Assembly (NCBI GenBank): GCA_951406725.2
Contig: OX597834.1
Coordinates: 24,924,001-24,988,000 of the forward strand
Direction: 5' to 3'
Source of the DNA: Octopus vulgaris
Taxonomy: Eukaryota
Length of the DNA stretch: 64,000 bases
The notes below the pieces were generated by a model, which searched no databases, was not told the origin of the DNA, and saw only the letters and a program-made list of their open reading frames with translations. Positions 25,609 to 40,224 of this stretch are shown here, piece by piece; the stretch's first letter is position 1; every line of letters begins with the position of its first letter. The position numbers were made by a program, and so were the translations under genes.

Positions 25609-25860
25609 ATCGTGACGTATATTTGCCATTTGAATATGGCTAACCCCTAAGGGTGGATGCTACTGTAGTTTGAAGCCCCAGGAAGACACCTCCTCCAGCT
25701 GGCTATAGACACACTTTCTGTGCCCTATCAGTATTTGTGAAGGGAAGGCTACAAACTACAGTAGCATTCACCCTTAGGGGTTAGCCATATTCAAATGGCA
25801 AATATACGTCACGATGTGTTACCGCTACTGTTTATAACTAGCTCTGAGATTTATCATTGT
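25609..25860 (+). mobile_element. Fold-back copy of the 22.5-kb hammerhead family: ~65-bp arms plus ~45-nt tail
   Basis: Arms ~25609-25677 and 25747-25815; (TA)n on both sides. Confidence 0.88.
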
Positions 25861-25884
25861 TATATATATATATATATATATATG

Positions 25885-26300
25885 AACGTTAAAAAAAACA
25901 CAAACTGGGACAAGAACGTGAAACATTTAGAAGACGACAAAAAAACACACAGACGGGACTTTCGAAGCTCTCAGTCATCAGTCAAGAACCAGATCATCTT
26001 CGCAATTTCGGCTGATTAATCTTGAGATTGCTCCAATCTGGGCAGCCCGCCAAGTGAAATCTAAGCCAGTCGCATTAGATTCCTTGGAAGAAAACCTCGA
26101 AAGTATACAACACGGTGACGGAAAAACGGACGATGTTACTCGAAAAAAATTCAAAAATACGTAAAAACAATAACGATAGCACGGATAAGAATACAAAATA
26201 ACGTAAAAACAATAATAACAAAACCAGGACGTCAGGACAAGCGTCTTTCGACAGGACGAGTTGAGTATAGGCTGGCTGTGGAACAAGTGCCTGAAGGCAA
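25885..26300 (-). mobile_element. Interspersed repeat between (TA)n tracts, probably a PLE terminal repeat
   Basis: Homologous to 35275-35438 and to the reverse complement of 2945-3080; hammerhead-like CTGATGA..CGAAA..GTC on minus at 25952-25982 without good stems. Confidence 0.6.
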
Positions 26301-26315
26301 ACGGAGCACAAACAA

Positions 26316-26378
<63 letters not shown>

Positions 26379-27354
26379 CGACGGGATTCTTTCATTTTCC
26401 GTCTACCAAGGCTTTGGCTGCCCGAGGCACTTGCCCAAGGTGCCTCGCAGTGTGACTGAGCGTGGAACCAAGTGGTTGGGAAGCAAGCTTCTTACCACAC
26501 AGCCACGCCTGACTGTATAAATTGTCTTGGATATATATTGATAAATATATACATATGTGTGTGTGTATACGATTGAGTGGATAAATAAAGACTATGTTAG
26601 TTAGTTAGTTAATTTTTTGGCTCAAAAGCAAAAAGCAAGGCCATGTAGGGGGACATGGAGTTAAGTACAGGGTGGTGTTCATGTAAAGAGTTCAGGCCAT
26701 GTATATCTATCTATCCATCAATCTATCTATCTACCTATCTATCTATCTCCCTATCTATCTATCTATCTATCTATCTATCCATCTATTTGTCTATCTATCT
26801 ATCTATCTATTTATCTCCCTCCCTCTATTTCCTTCTCTCTACATATACATGTATGTGCTAACACACACACACATATGCACGTGTGTGTATGTTTATGTGT
26901 ATGTGAGCTGCATCTCCAAATGTTTTGTAAACCTGTGTATGAGCCTATCATTGTTTGTATGGGGCCCATATGGCCAATAAAGGAAAGCGGTGAGCTCGCA
27001 GAATCGTTAGAGCATCGGGCATAATGCTTTACCATATTTCTTCCGATTATTTACATTTAGAATTCAAATCCTGCCAAGGGTCAACTTTATCTTTCATCTT
27101 TTCAAGGTCAACAAAATAAGGTATCAGTCAAGTCTTGGAGAAACCTCTTCTCTTCTTCTGTCATAAATCACAAACCTTCATTTTTTTTCTTTATTCTTTT
27201 GTCTGCTTCTGTCTTGTCTGCTTCTGTCTTGTCTGCTTCTGTCTTCTAACTTCATCTTTTTCTTCTTTCTTCCTTATTTTCAGGCGGGAACAACAATAGT
27301 AACTGGTGTAGTAACAGTTATAAAACTAGCAGATGCAGTAGTAATGAACCAGAT

Positions 27355-27630
27355 ATTTGTAGTAATAGTAGTAGTGTCGGTGGTGGAGGTGGCGGTGGTG
27401 GTGGTGATAATAGTAGTAGTAGTAGTAGTAGCAGCAGCAACAGTGATAGTGGTGGTGGTGAGGATAGTAGTAGTAGTAGCAGCAGCAGCAACAGTGATAG
27501 TGGTGGTGGTGGTGGTGGTGGTGGTGATGGTGGTAGTGTGTGTGCGTGTGGTAGTGGAGGTGGCGATGGTGGTGTCGCTATGTGAGGATAGTAGTAGTAA
27601 TAGCAGCGATGGTGATTGTGGTGGTGATGA

Positions 27631-27668
<38 letters not shown>

Positions 27669-28085
27669 ATTGTGGTGGTGCTTGTGGTAGTAGTGGTGGT
27701 GGTGGTGTGTGATGGTGGCGGTGGTAGGGATGATAGTAGTAGTGGCGGTGCTGGTATTGGTGGTAGTGTGGGGGTGGAGGTAATGGTGATGGTAGTTGTG
27801 GTAGCGATGATAGTAATAGTAGTGTTGGTGGCGGTGTTGGCAGTAGTAGTAGTAGTATTAGTAGTAGTGGAATGCGTGTATCTAGTAACCGTATAATTAC
27901 CGGTGGGAGGAGCGGTCGTCTTGAAAGAGTTAATAGAAGGTAATTTACTGTTGCCCTTGGAAGACAAGACTTCAATTTCAGCTTCCAAGGACGATAAACA
28001 GCAGCAGCAGCAGCGACAGCAACAGCAGCAGCAGCAGCAACGGCGGCAGCAGCAGCAGCAGCAACGGCAGCGCAACCGACAGGAG
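27355..28085. repeat. (GGT/AGT)n low-complexity tract followed by (CAG)n
   Basis: Direct reading. Confidence 0.93.
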
Positions 28086-28674
28086 CAACAAGAAAACAAA
28101 AAACTGCGAGCAACAACATCAAGTAGAACATGACATGAAATAAACAGTAGCTTATGGGTGAGAGGGAGAGAGAAGGAGTAAGAGAGAAGAAGAAAATAGT
28201 GGGGGGGGGGGAATGAAGCAGAGGAGTTGAGAAGAAGGAAGAGGTAGAAAAGAAGGAGGTAACGGTGTGGTGTAGGAAGGAGAGGTAGGGTTGAGAGATA
28301 ACACTTCTTGTGCGCTGTTGATGGTCAATGATAATTATGTTTATGGCTTTGTAGAAGCCGTGATAAAGTGGATCCGTCAAAAAGAAACTTCGCTGACTGC
28401 CGTGACTCTACGAATGCTACTTCTGAACTGGGTCAAAGAAACGGCTATCAGTATTAAAAAAACGAAAAAGATGTTTAGAATTATCGCCCCGGAAGGATGA
28501 AAGACAAAGACGACCTCGGCAATACTTTCAAATTTTGGCACAAAGCCAGCAATTTTGGGGGAAAGATGTAAGACATGCGCTGCTCTTTCACTCAATACTA
28601 CTACTAATAATGATTTCAAAGTTTTGCCACAAGAGCAGCTTGGGGGGAGGGGGTTAAGTCGATTACATCAACGC

Positions 28675-28777
28675 TAATAAACACTCAGTAAACACTCACA
28701 ACGCCCGGTCTGGGAATCGAAACCGCGGTCCTACGACCGCGAGTCCGCTGCCCTAACCACTGGGCCATTGCGCCTCC
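28675..28777 (-). mobile_element. SINE family A head fragment
   Basis: Reverse complement of 58326-58415. Confidence 0.9.
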
Positions 28778-30420
28778 ACACATACACACATAAATATGTA
28801 TATATATAACATTGATAACGAAGAGGAGAGTGGAGATTTTATTCACTTCTAATAACTTATTTATTTAAAAGTTTCCTACAGTATGTATATCTGACCTACA
28901 TATGTGTGTATGTATGTACGTATGTAAGTATATACGTATACATCAGTGTGTATGTGTGCACAAACAAGCCTTTATATATGTGTATCAAGCCTGACAACAC
29001 ACACGGTCATATATTTTTTGCTTTGTCCTCTTCGAATTCCGATCCAACAATAACATTCCAAGTAGTTCGCCGGTCTCCTGTTCCCATTCTAATTTAAATC
29101 TAAGGTTTCTGGATATCATTGAAACAACACTGTATTTTATATATCGTTCATCTATAGAGATGACGGCTGACTTCACACTCACAAAAGATCTTGGACTCAT
29201 ATTTAACTTAGTGACTTCAATTCTCATTTTATTTTATCTATTTTATTTATTTAGGCTTCTCTTCATTATCTTTTGAGAGGGAAATAAATATGAGTCCATA
29301 AACATGATGGGAGAAGAAGAGGAAAATATTCTTAGACCGAAGACCCCGGCCCTAGTGTTTGCATATGAGTAGACTTCATGAAGGGCCAGCTAGGGGTTTT
29401 AAACTAGACTGGAAACATTTATGGTAATGTTCTGTTGGTTACGAGGTTCTTGTGATCAAGTGGATAATGAACTCGCGCTCTCAAATCCCTTCTAAAATTT
29501 TTTATCTTAGTTAATTATTTCAGTCGTTTGACTGCGGTCATGCTGGGGCACCGCCTTGAAGAATTTTTAGTCAAATGCATAGGCACTAGTACTTATTTAT
29601 TTTAAAGCCTGGCGCTTATTCTTTCTCTTGCCGGTTGCCAAGCGATGTGTTGGAACAAACACAAACATAAAGGCACAGATACATAAATACATATATACAC
29701 ATATATACGACGGGATTTTTACAGTTTCCGTCTACCAAGTCTACTCACAAAATTTTAGTCGGTCCGAAGCTATATTAGAAGAACTTGCCCAAAGTGTCAC
29801 GCAGTGGGACTCAACCTTGAACTTTCCATCCAGCATTCTTTTATCCGGAAACTGAAGACCGTTTTGGAGGAAGAGATAAGAAAAAGAAACCAAAACCTGT
29901 AACGCCACTAAAAAAAACTTTATACGTTTTGTCTTCTGACTCGTCTAGACATTGATCGGTCAGTGCAAACATTGACCAATGTCCAGTGCAACGCAGAATA
30001 CAGATACAATCATTGAAGACAAATTACTAAATGACCTAGTGACCGGATGACCTAGTGACCTAATCCTCCCCGAAAACTTCACAGTGCTAAACTAGAAGCA
30101 ACGCATTGTGTCTTGGTAGAAGAGAAACAAAAATCACTTCAATAAATTATTTACAGGAAAACTTTCTATTGTTTGTTGTTTATGGTTTATTTGTTTTGTT
30201 GTTTTATGGTTGTTGATTTATTTACATTTCTCTCATCTTTTTTCATTCATTACCAATGTCTTCTTTCCTTCCTTTCTTCCTTCCTAATTATCTCTTCCGT
30301 TTTGCTACGTTTTTTTTTAAAATGTAAAACAAAAAGATCTTTTCATGTATTTCTCTACGTTGTCTGTCTCTCATTATATATGTGTGTGTGTTTGTGTATG
30401 CATATGTATGTATGTATAGA

Positions 30421-30457
<37 letters not shown>

Positions 30458-30786
30458 CTTTTCTGCTACACTTCTGCTACAATGGATAACATAAAACACA
30501 AAAAACTGCAAACAAACAGAAAAAGCAATAAACAGAAACTGTTCAAAAGAAACACCAAATCGAATCAAATTTAAATTCGATCGTAATCGAATTCCAGTCT
30601 GTTTAGTGATAGTTAATTTGATAGTAGAGTTCAATGTGGAATGAATGTATTGATCTCAGTTATTGATTTCACAAAATATATTTTACATGGCTTTTTTTTC
30701 GTCTTCTCTAAATTCTATTTCACCATTTTACATTTCTGCTTTTATTCTGCTACAGCGATTGTATTCTAATAATATAATATAACTTA

Positions 30787-30841
<55 letters not shown>

Positions 30842-31154
30842 AATTTACTTGGAAATGGATACGGGCTGTTCAATTAAATAATAATATAAATAATATATAT
30901 ATATACGCAAATAACGAGTGAAAAAAATGAAAACAAGACAAGTAGTAGAGAGAACAACCCTTCATAACTTGTCGGCTGTTTATCAACTCCAAATTTCGAG
31001 CATTCAATGACAATATAAGTCTTCGAAGACAGTTGATCCCATAACTTCCAAAATAAATTTTTGATTTTATGGAGGATCAAAGTTAGGAACAAAAACAAGA
31101 CAGTGGAGACACTCAAGGAAGCCTGTCTTTGTCTTTTGTTTTTTTCTGAATTCT

Positions 31155-31234
<80 letters not shown>

Positions 31235-31236
31235 CG

Positions 31237-31309
<73 letters not shown>

Positions 31310-31496
31310 TGTTTCTTTATTAGCCACACAGGGCTGCACACAGACAGGACAAAATTACAAGGTAGAGCTTTTCTTTTGGGGGTAAAAGAAGGGGCTTTGG
31401 TTTTCGATCAAAAGGGATCGTAAATGGAAAGAAAGAGGACAAAAAAAGGTGGGGATAAAATAAAATTTAAATAAAAGATAGATAGATAGATATACA

Positions 31497-31531
<35 letters not shown>

Positions 31532-31574
31532 ATGTATGTTTGTATGTAATAATTAACCCTACTTTGCATATATA

Positions 31575-32443
31575 GATTAGTGATTTTACGGCGGTCACTG
31601 GCCTTTCTACTACTTTAATCCGTAGATTCATCGTATCTAAGGTTTTCCTAAAAGTGTATGCTAGTTTGCCACCAGGTGTAGCACCATCGAATATGACACT
31701 CCGGTATTTTTGGTTGTCATACCAGAGAGCTACTCTCACACATGATCTCTCACTTACGCAAGTAAAATTTGTTCCTTTCAATGCTATACTAGAATATACT
31801 CCTCTATAGCGGGTTGATTGCATTTGTGTCATTCCCAATGATAGTCTTGCATTTAGCCTTGGCTCCTTTGTACTCTGGTCCTGTCCCTATGGCTGAAGCC
31901 AGAGAACTACATGCGGAGGATGAAGTATTGTATACGTCTTCGTAATTCCGTTGATTTGCACATGCGGGACACATTTTTCATCGCTCTTAACAAGTCCGCT
32001 GTTAGGATATTGAACTTGATGTTGTCCACAGTACCTGCGTTCTTTCGGAACTGATATTTAGAGGCCACGGGTTTGGCATAGTGGGAATGATAGATCTGGA
32101 GCTTTTTACTCCTAGTCTCCAGCCAGAGTTCTGTGTCTAAGGCCAGTAGCCTACAGTCAGTGTGCTTGCTGTGGTAATCTACTACTGCTTTAATACTCTG
32201 GTGGATGTACTTAGCACTTTGCTCTCCATGTGGTGCTAGCTTCTAGTTCATAGACACTGTCTTGTGGGGGTGCTTTTGTCACTATGTTGATATCATCCAC
32301 ATAGTGGAGTATATGGTTAGGGTTATGGAGCTCTCTGCTAATTGTTCTTAGAGTTTCCTATTCCACCAAACCACAAATAGGTTAGTCACCTCGCCAGCGA
32401 TACTGACTCTGACGGCTGCACCTCTTTCCTGGGCGTATATCTC
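31575..32443 (-). pseudogene. Penelope-like element reverse transcriptase, motif B to linker, with stops and frameshifts
   Basis: Minus strand: IYAQERGAAVRVSIAGEVTNLFVVWWNRKL* ... YVDDINIV (YVDD at 32292-32303) ... IHQSIKAVVDYHSKHTDCRLLALDTELW...HYAKPVASK...KFNILTADLLRAMKNVS ... YRSVIFDGATPGGKL...LRIKVVERP. Confidence 0.85.
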
Positions 32444-32444
32444 G

Positions 32445-32493
<49 letters not shown>

Positions 32494-32785
32494 TATATTA
32501 TATTATATTATATTATATTATATTATATTACACATGTATGTATATATATATATTATATATATATGTGTGTGTGTGTATTATATTATATTATATATATATA
32601 TTATATATATATTATATATTATTATATTATATCATATTATATTATTATATATATTATATTATATATATTATATTATATTATTATATATATTATATTATAT
32701 TATATATATATTATATTATATATTATATTATATTATATATTATATTATATTATGTTACACATGTATGTATATGTATGTATATATA

Positions 32786-32822
<37 letters not shown>
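32445..32822. repeat. (TA)n/(TATTA)n/(TG)n compound microsatellite
   Basis: Direct reading. Confidence 0.97.
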
Positions 32823-32824
<2 letters not shown>

Positions 32825-33532
32825 CAGTTCTACCGGACACTCTTTTCCAATTTCCTTTAAATTCTTCTTGATACCTTCTTATACAGTTCCCAAGGACCCA
32901 ACAATAATTGGCACTATCTTCACCTTCTTCATTTTCCATAGCTGGCCTATTTCGTACTTGAGAGGTTTGTATCTATCTATCTCTCTATCTATGTTTTCGC
33001 CTTCCTTCTTGACTATTCGTAGGTCAAAGGGGCATGCAACATCAACTATACAGCATGTGTGGCGCACCTTGTACACCACCACTAAGTCCGGTCTGTTATG
33101 CTCTAGCACCAGATCTGTTTGGATTGGAAAATCCCAGAAAGGTTTGCTAGTCTCCGACTCTGTCACTCTCTGCGGTTTGGACTCATGCCACGTCTTGTCT
33201 CTCTCTAACCCCAACTTTTCACAAAGTTTCCAATGTAGCACTTTCGCTACCTGGTCGCGTCCCCACAACTTGTAGTGGTTTGGGGCCAGTCTAGGGCATC
33301 CATTCGTGATATGGGCAATGGTTTCATCCATTCTATTGCTGATGCGACACAACAGAGACACTTGTTCGTTCCTTAGGTTGACCCTCCAGTTTGTGGCCAA
33401 AGCTTGGTCCTTCGCTGCCATTATAGTGCTTCCGGTCTCTTTTTTTAGGTTTCCTTTCATCAGCCATTCCCGCCTATTTTTTCCAGCAACTTCTGTTGTG
33501 GCTACATGGAATTGATAGTGTAGTCCCTTCTT
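32823..33532 (-). pseudogene. R4/Dong-type non-LTR retrotransposon C-terminus (zinc knuckle plus RLE endonuclease)
   Basis: ORF 32879..33460: CRIS..ETIAHITNGC (decayed CCHC), HWKLC, WDFPIQTD..EHNRPDLVV..IVDVACPFD..Y..LKYEIGQLW..IVPIIVGSLG; abuts (TAA)n at 33536-33560. Confidence 0.92.
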
Positions 33533-33911
33533 GCGTAATTATTATTATTATTATTATTATAAGTGTCTTGCTGACAGAATCGTTAGCACACCGGACTAAA
33601 TGCTTAGCGACATTTCGTCCGTATGTTTCGTTCTGAGTTAAAATTTCGCCAAGGTTAACTTTTATTGTATTAAAATAGCTTACACAAAAATACCAAAAAT
33701 AGCTTGCACAACACACGCACAGTGTTTAATACTGCTATTTGCTATATGCTGTGCGTGTGTGTATGTATGTGTGTGTGTGTATCACTGAGTGTGTGTGCAT
33801 GAGTGAGTGTATGTGTGTGTATGAGTGAGTGAGTTGTGTGTGTGTTAGAGTGTGCCTGTACATATACACATATATAATGTGCTTTTGGTTACGTATTTCT
33901 ATGAATGTTTT

Positions 33912-34110
33912 TTAATTGTTCCCAAGGCACCTATCATTGTGGGGATTGTTTATGTTTTCACCCACCACCACCACTTCCATTCTACATTCTCGCTATCTCT
34001 ATTTCCAGACGAGATCTTTATATATTTAAATTCTCCATTCATTTCAGAGATATGTTATCGTCTGTAGGGACTGAATCTTCCATTAGAAAACAGTTCCTTT
34101 CTTGGTGGTA
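33912..34110 (-). pseudogene. Decayed RLE fragment
   Basis: Minus-strand pieces CFL..SVPTDDNISLK and TIPTMIGALGTIK. Confidence 0.65.
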
Positions 34111-34893
34111 TTTCCTCTGCCTTGCCTCTAATGTTTTTGCCCTTCTGCCCCTATCAATAACCGTTATTTACGCTATAATAATTACAAAAAGCAACTGGGA
34201 TTATGGATTCACTGGGGCCTTGTGCCGGAAGAGAAACAGAAAACAAGCATTTTATTAATTGCAGTTAGTGCTCCTTGGAGTAAAAACACCCCGCCCTTAT
34301 AATGCCAGAATTACGAACATATTTCAAGTGAGAGCTGTCAAGAGTGCCATTCAACCACAGGCATTAAGTCCCAGTGATGAGACTAAATACTTTAAGGTGC
34401 CAGCTTTGATATTTCATTGTTACTGAGATCAAAACAAGCACGGACGAAGCATGACACCTGAAGATAATTGAGGAATATGCAAACAAAACTGAAGTCTAAA
34501 TTTTGAATGAAAATACAGATGAAAGGTAGACTTGTCCGACCAAACATTAATAATTTAATTTATTGACACTCTTGATTGAAATTTTTAGGAGTGTGACAAG
34601 GACGTATGTGGATTTGCTGGCGAGGATGAACCGGGATTAAACTGGTGTCGAAATGAAACAGGTGTTTGCTTACTGATGTGTAGCACAAAACTTATTTATA
34701 CTTCTGTGACAATTCATGCGTTTCTCTTTCTACCCGGATCGCCCAAGAGATGTCTATATACTTCATCCTCAGGCTATCTAGCGTGGCCTTATGTGATCAC
34801 ATGAGCTCCTAGAAATAGCAACCAAAATCTTCCTCAAATTATAAAGAAACATTACTTCCATCGCCGGTATCTGGATAGCCATAACGATAACTG

Positions 34894-35125
34894 TTACACT
34901 TTGAATTTTATGACAGTCTTGCACATTTTTACAGTTCCACTTAGAAATGGTGTCTGTAAAATGCATATCAGTTTGTACTTCTCCAATTTACTAATATAAA
35001 CAAGTGCACCAGTAATTACTGGTACAAATGTGAACTTATATTCAGTGTAGAGGAGATGCAGGTTTCGAAACAGTTGTCTATTAATATCTTCATTCTTGTT
35101 GCTTTTAGAAGAGCTGTTCACTTCA
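34894..35125 (-). pseudogene. RLE-clade element C-terminal fragment
   Basis: QLFRNLHLLYTEYKFTFVPVITGALVYI...SGTVKMCKTVIKF (VPxIxGALG-type motif). Confidence 0.65.
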
Positions 35126-35242
35126 GCAGATCAACTAACCGTCAAGAATATACGCACAACCGGTCTCGGAATCGAAACAAGGATCTAATGATCTTGAGCG
35201 CAATAAACCTAACTACTAGGCCACACGGCTTCACCGCATACA

Positions 35243-35275
<33 letters not shown>

Positions 35276-36080
35276 TACAAAATGGGACAAGCACGTGAAA
35301 CATCCGAACAACTGGGTGATACAAAAATGGGACAACAAAACATCCAGATAGACGATACAAAGAAAACAAGGACGGGTCATTCGAAGTTTTCTTTCCTCAG
35401 TCAAGCGCACCAGATTATCCTTGCAATTTGGCTGATTATATATATATATATCTGTATGTGTGTGCGTGTGTGTATAGATATACACATTCAAAACAGCCTT
35501 AAACAAAAGCAAGATAGCAGTGAGTACGATATTCATAATGTGTATAAAAACAAGGATCGACAATATGTCTAATATCTTATCTCAAAGAAACATCTCAAAG
35601 AAACTTGTATATTAAAAACACAGGCTTCGCTCGGGGTGACGGTCGATCATCTGACATTTGATACCAACACCCACACATTTAGATTTGTAACTTGAACTGC
35701 TTATCTGCCACCACCCGTAACCTTTGTTGTATTAATACTAAAGAAAATATTATTATTACAATATCTTTATTGTTTCACTGATATATTACTAGATATTGGA
35801 ATAATAAACGGAAATATTTCGCAGGATAAATGGTAGAAATATTAATTCTAGATTTATCATTAGCACACCGGGTAAAATGATTAACGGTATTTCGTTTGTC
35901 TTTCGTTCGTATTTTGAGTTCAAATTCCGTCAACAATGACTTTGCCTTTCATCCTTTCTGCTTCGATAAAATAAGCTTCTATAGTCAAGTAGTAGGATCG
36001 ATGTAATTGACATATCCCTCCCCTCAAAAACTGCTGGCCCCCTGCCAAAATCTGAAACCAATATTAATTTTAGACGCTTA

Positions 36081-36690
36081 AGGCGGCGATCTGGCAGAAT
36101 GGTTAGCGCGCCGGCTAAAATGCATGGCGGAATTTCATCAGTCTTTATACTCTTTTACTTGTTTCAGTCATTTGACTGCGGCCATGCTGGAGCACCGCCT
36201 TTAGTCGAGCAAATCGACCCCGGGACTTATTCTTTGTAAGCCCAGTACTTATTATATCGGTCTCTTTTGCCGAACCGCTAAGTAACGGGGATGTAAACAC
36301 ACCAGCATCGGTTGTCAAGCAATGCTAGTGGGACAAACACAGACACACAAACATATACACACACACATATATATATATATACATATATACGACAGGCTTC
36401 TTTCAGTTTCCGTCTACCAAATCCACTCACAAGGCATTGGTCGGCCCGGGGCTATAGCAGAAGACACTTGCCCAAGGTGCCACGCAGTGGGACTGAACCC
36501 GGAACCATGTGGTTGGTTAGCAAGCTACTTACCACACAGCCACTCCTGCGCTTATGTTCAGAGTTCATAATCCACCGAAGTTGACTTTGCTTTTCGACCT
36601 GCCGGGATCGTTAAAATGAGGACTGGGCTCGATGCAATCGATCTGTCCTCTTTGCCGAACTTGTTAGTCTGGCGGCAAAATTTTGGACCA
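36081..36690. mobile_element. SINE C (+) split by a full-length SINE B (-, 36148-36551)
   Basis: The C head 36081-36147 resumes at 36552 with ttatgttcagagttcataatcc. Confidence 0.9.
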
Positions 36691-37124
36691 ATATAAATTG
36701 GCGATTCTGATCTTTGCAAAATATGATTTTAGCTGTCTCTTCCACATTCCTCTAAATCAATGTCTCCCAAACTTTATCGGGCTCCCGATCCTTTGACACC
36801 CAGACTACATACCTAGCCACCCCCTCTTACTACCACACAAACAAACTCCTCTCCCTATAAATATAACAAAGTAAACTTGTTATTTCGCTGTTTTTACGAT
36901 CTGAAAGGATAAATTAACATCTCACCTGAAACGGTGTTATATACTTTCAATGGGATGGATGTAATTGGTGCTGGAATATCAACTCCGCCACATTAGGCTG
37001 AAAGGTACTAAGGAGTAGAATTAGATCTCCACGTTCACTTGATGCGCCCCTCAGGTATCGGTCTTCAAAATGGCGTCGTCGGGTCGGCATACTGCCACGT
37101 GATGCGTCTTTGTATATGTGTGTG

Positions 37125-37156
<32 letters not shown>

Positions 37157-37395
37157 CATATATATACATATACATATATATATATACATATATATACATA
37201 TACATACATATACATATATATACATATACATATACATATACATACATATACATATACATATATATACATATACATACATACATATATATACATATATATA
37301 CATATATATACATATATATACATATATATACATACATATACATATACATACATATATATACATATATATACATATATATACATACATATATATAC

Positions 37396-37438
<43 letters not shown>

Positions 37439-37556
37439 TATCATATATATATATATACATACATATATATATAATACATACATATGTATATATATGTAAT
37501 ATATACATATATGTATGTATATATATGTAATATATACATATATGTATGTATATATA

Positions 37557-37615
<59 letters not shown>

Positions 37616-37817
37616 CATATATGTATATATTCTGCAACTCAAACAAGTAAAACTTCACAGGTTCTCGCCACAATAGACATATCTGTATATATGTTTACCT
37701 GTGTGTCTCTGTTCATATGTACATAAGTATGTTTGCTTGTGTGTATATGATGTATACGTATCTATGTGTATATGAGTGTGTTTCTATACAATTTCATTTG
37801 CATACATACATACATAT

Positions 37818-37879
<62 letters not shown>

Positions 37880-38041
37880 ATGTAAAGGCGAGGCAAAATT
37901 ATAAAAGGGCAGAATATATATATATATATATATTCAGATCTTTTATTCTGCAACTCAAACAAGTAAAACTTCACAGGTTCTCGCCACAATGGGACTTCAC
38001 AACTGTTTCATTCATGCGAATCAAATAATCTGAATGTATAT

Positions 38042-38077
<36 letters not shown>

Positions 38078-38729
38078 ACAAACACACATACACATATTTA
38101 TGCATATTTGTGGGTATATATTTGCTTTATGCAACAATAATAACAGTGGGAAAACACACAAGTTTCAAAGGACTTCCTAATTATTACAGCAAGCTTAATC
38201 AGGTGTGGATGTGTACAAATTGGTAGTACACCCCTCCAACCACCTAACCACCCACACAGTTATATGCATGTATGTATGTATGTATGTATGTATGTATGTG
38301 TGTGCATATGTACATGTATAATGTATTTTATGCATGCATGTATATATTTTATATATGTATGCGTGTCCATCTACAAAACTTCAAAAGTTATGTTCGCGTC
38401 ACAACACAGCACTAAGACACTGGTCTTGGTCTCCATGCAAAGACACGTAAGACAAGAAAAAGATCCCCTAATATTTGAATGGATCCGGGACCATTATTTC
38501 CAATGAATTCCAAGTAAACACCCGAATATATCTCTGCAAATAATAACTCGTTACTTGAAGGGGCTATGATGTCCCTACAATGACTGATACGAAGCATATT
38601 TAAATATCTTTTACAGGTAGTGCTATTAAGTCAGACATGTCTGGGCCAATGCTGGCCAAAACATATCTTTCTATCTATCTATCAATTATTTATGTACTTA
38701 TCTATTTATCTAACTACCACACACACACA

Positions 38730-38840
<111 letters not shown>

Positions 38841-39280
38841 TACGAGCAAAACGCCCCCCCCCGTCCAATGGACTGTGCTGAGTTGTCAAACATTTAAACC
38901 AAATTTTCTCAAAACAATTTGTCCAACTTTTCCATAGGCCTCCCCTTTGAGAAACATTGATTTAGCCTAAATTTGAGACACCAGCAAAAGAAGAAATAAA
39001 GAGACTTTTATTCTATTCCAAAGAACGAAACTAAAATAATAGAAGAACGAAAATGGGTTTGTATTATTCCATTAATATAATACGTAGAATTATATTATTC
39101 CATTTAAATAATACTTAGAAGAATTATAGAATGAAACGAAAACTGAATCCGAAGAAAAAATACAAAGATGTAAAGAAAAAAATTCGGCGAAGAAAATGCT
39201 TAAAAATAAAAGTAAAAAAAAAAAACAATGAATGAAGTAAAGAATGGTTTAGATTTTTGTCACAAGGGAACGAAGCCAAA

Positions 39281-39382
<102 letters not shown>

Positions 39383-39527
39383 GTGTATATATATATATAT
39401 GTGTATGTATATATGTGTATATATATATTTGTGTGTATATATATATGTGTATATATATATGTGTGTATATATATATATATGTATATATATGTATATATAT
39501 ATATATGTGTGTGTATATATATATGTG

Positions 39528-39560
<33 letters not shown>

Positions 39561-39731
39561 GTGTATATATATATGTGTATATATATATGTGTATATATAT
39601 ATATGTGTATATATATATGTGTATATATATATGCGTATATATATATATGTGTGTGTGTATATATATGTGTATATATATATATATATATGTGTATATATAT
39701 ATGCGTATATATATATATGTGTGTGTGTATA

Positions 39732-39790
<59 letters not shown>

Positions 39791-40162
39791 ATGTGTGTTT
39801 GTGTGTGTGTGTGTAAACTAACGAATGCTTTTCAAAATTATATAAAGAGCAAGCATCTGGTTGGAGAGACAGAATGTAAGTAATATGGCGTATTAATATT
39901 TATGTCGAATGTTGAAGGAAATTAAAAAAATGATTACGATGATGAGGTGGAGGAGAAGAAAGTGAAGGAAGAGAAAGAGAAGCAGGACGGGGTGGGAGAA
40001 GGAGATGGAAACGATGAGGATGATGGTGGTGGTGGTGGTGGTGGTGGTGGTCGTTGTGGTGGTGGTGGAGGTGGGGATGATGATGGAGAAGATGAGAGTA
40101 GATAAGGAGGTGGAGACGGAGGTGGAAAAAGAGATATATACACCCGTCTCGTGTGTGTGTAG

Positions 40163-40219
<57 letters not shown>

Positions 40220-40224
40220 CACAC

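Noticed and set aside
25952-25986. Hammerhead-like CTGATGA..CGAAA..GTC on minus (also CTGAGGA..CGAA at ~35371-35404)
   Set aside because: Stems I and III cannot be formed by eye; kept only as a family-level hint.
28291-28500. ORF with FVEAVIKWIR resembling a BACK/Kelch helix
   Set aside because: Short match only, no splice context, and it runs into a SINE.
38633-38642. p53-like half-site AGACATGTCT
   Set aside because: No second half-site; expected by chance.
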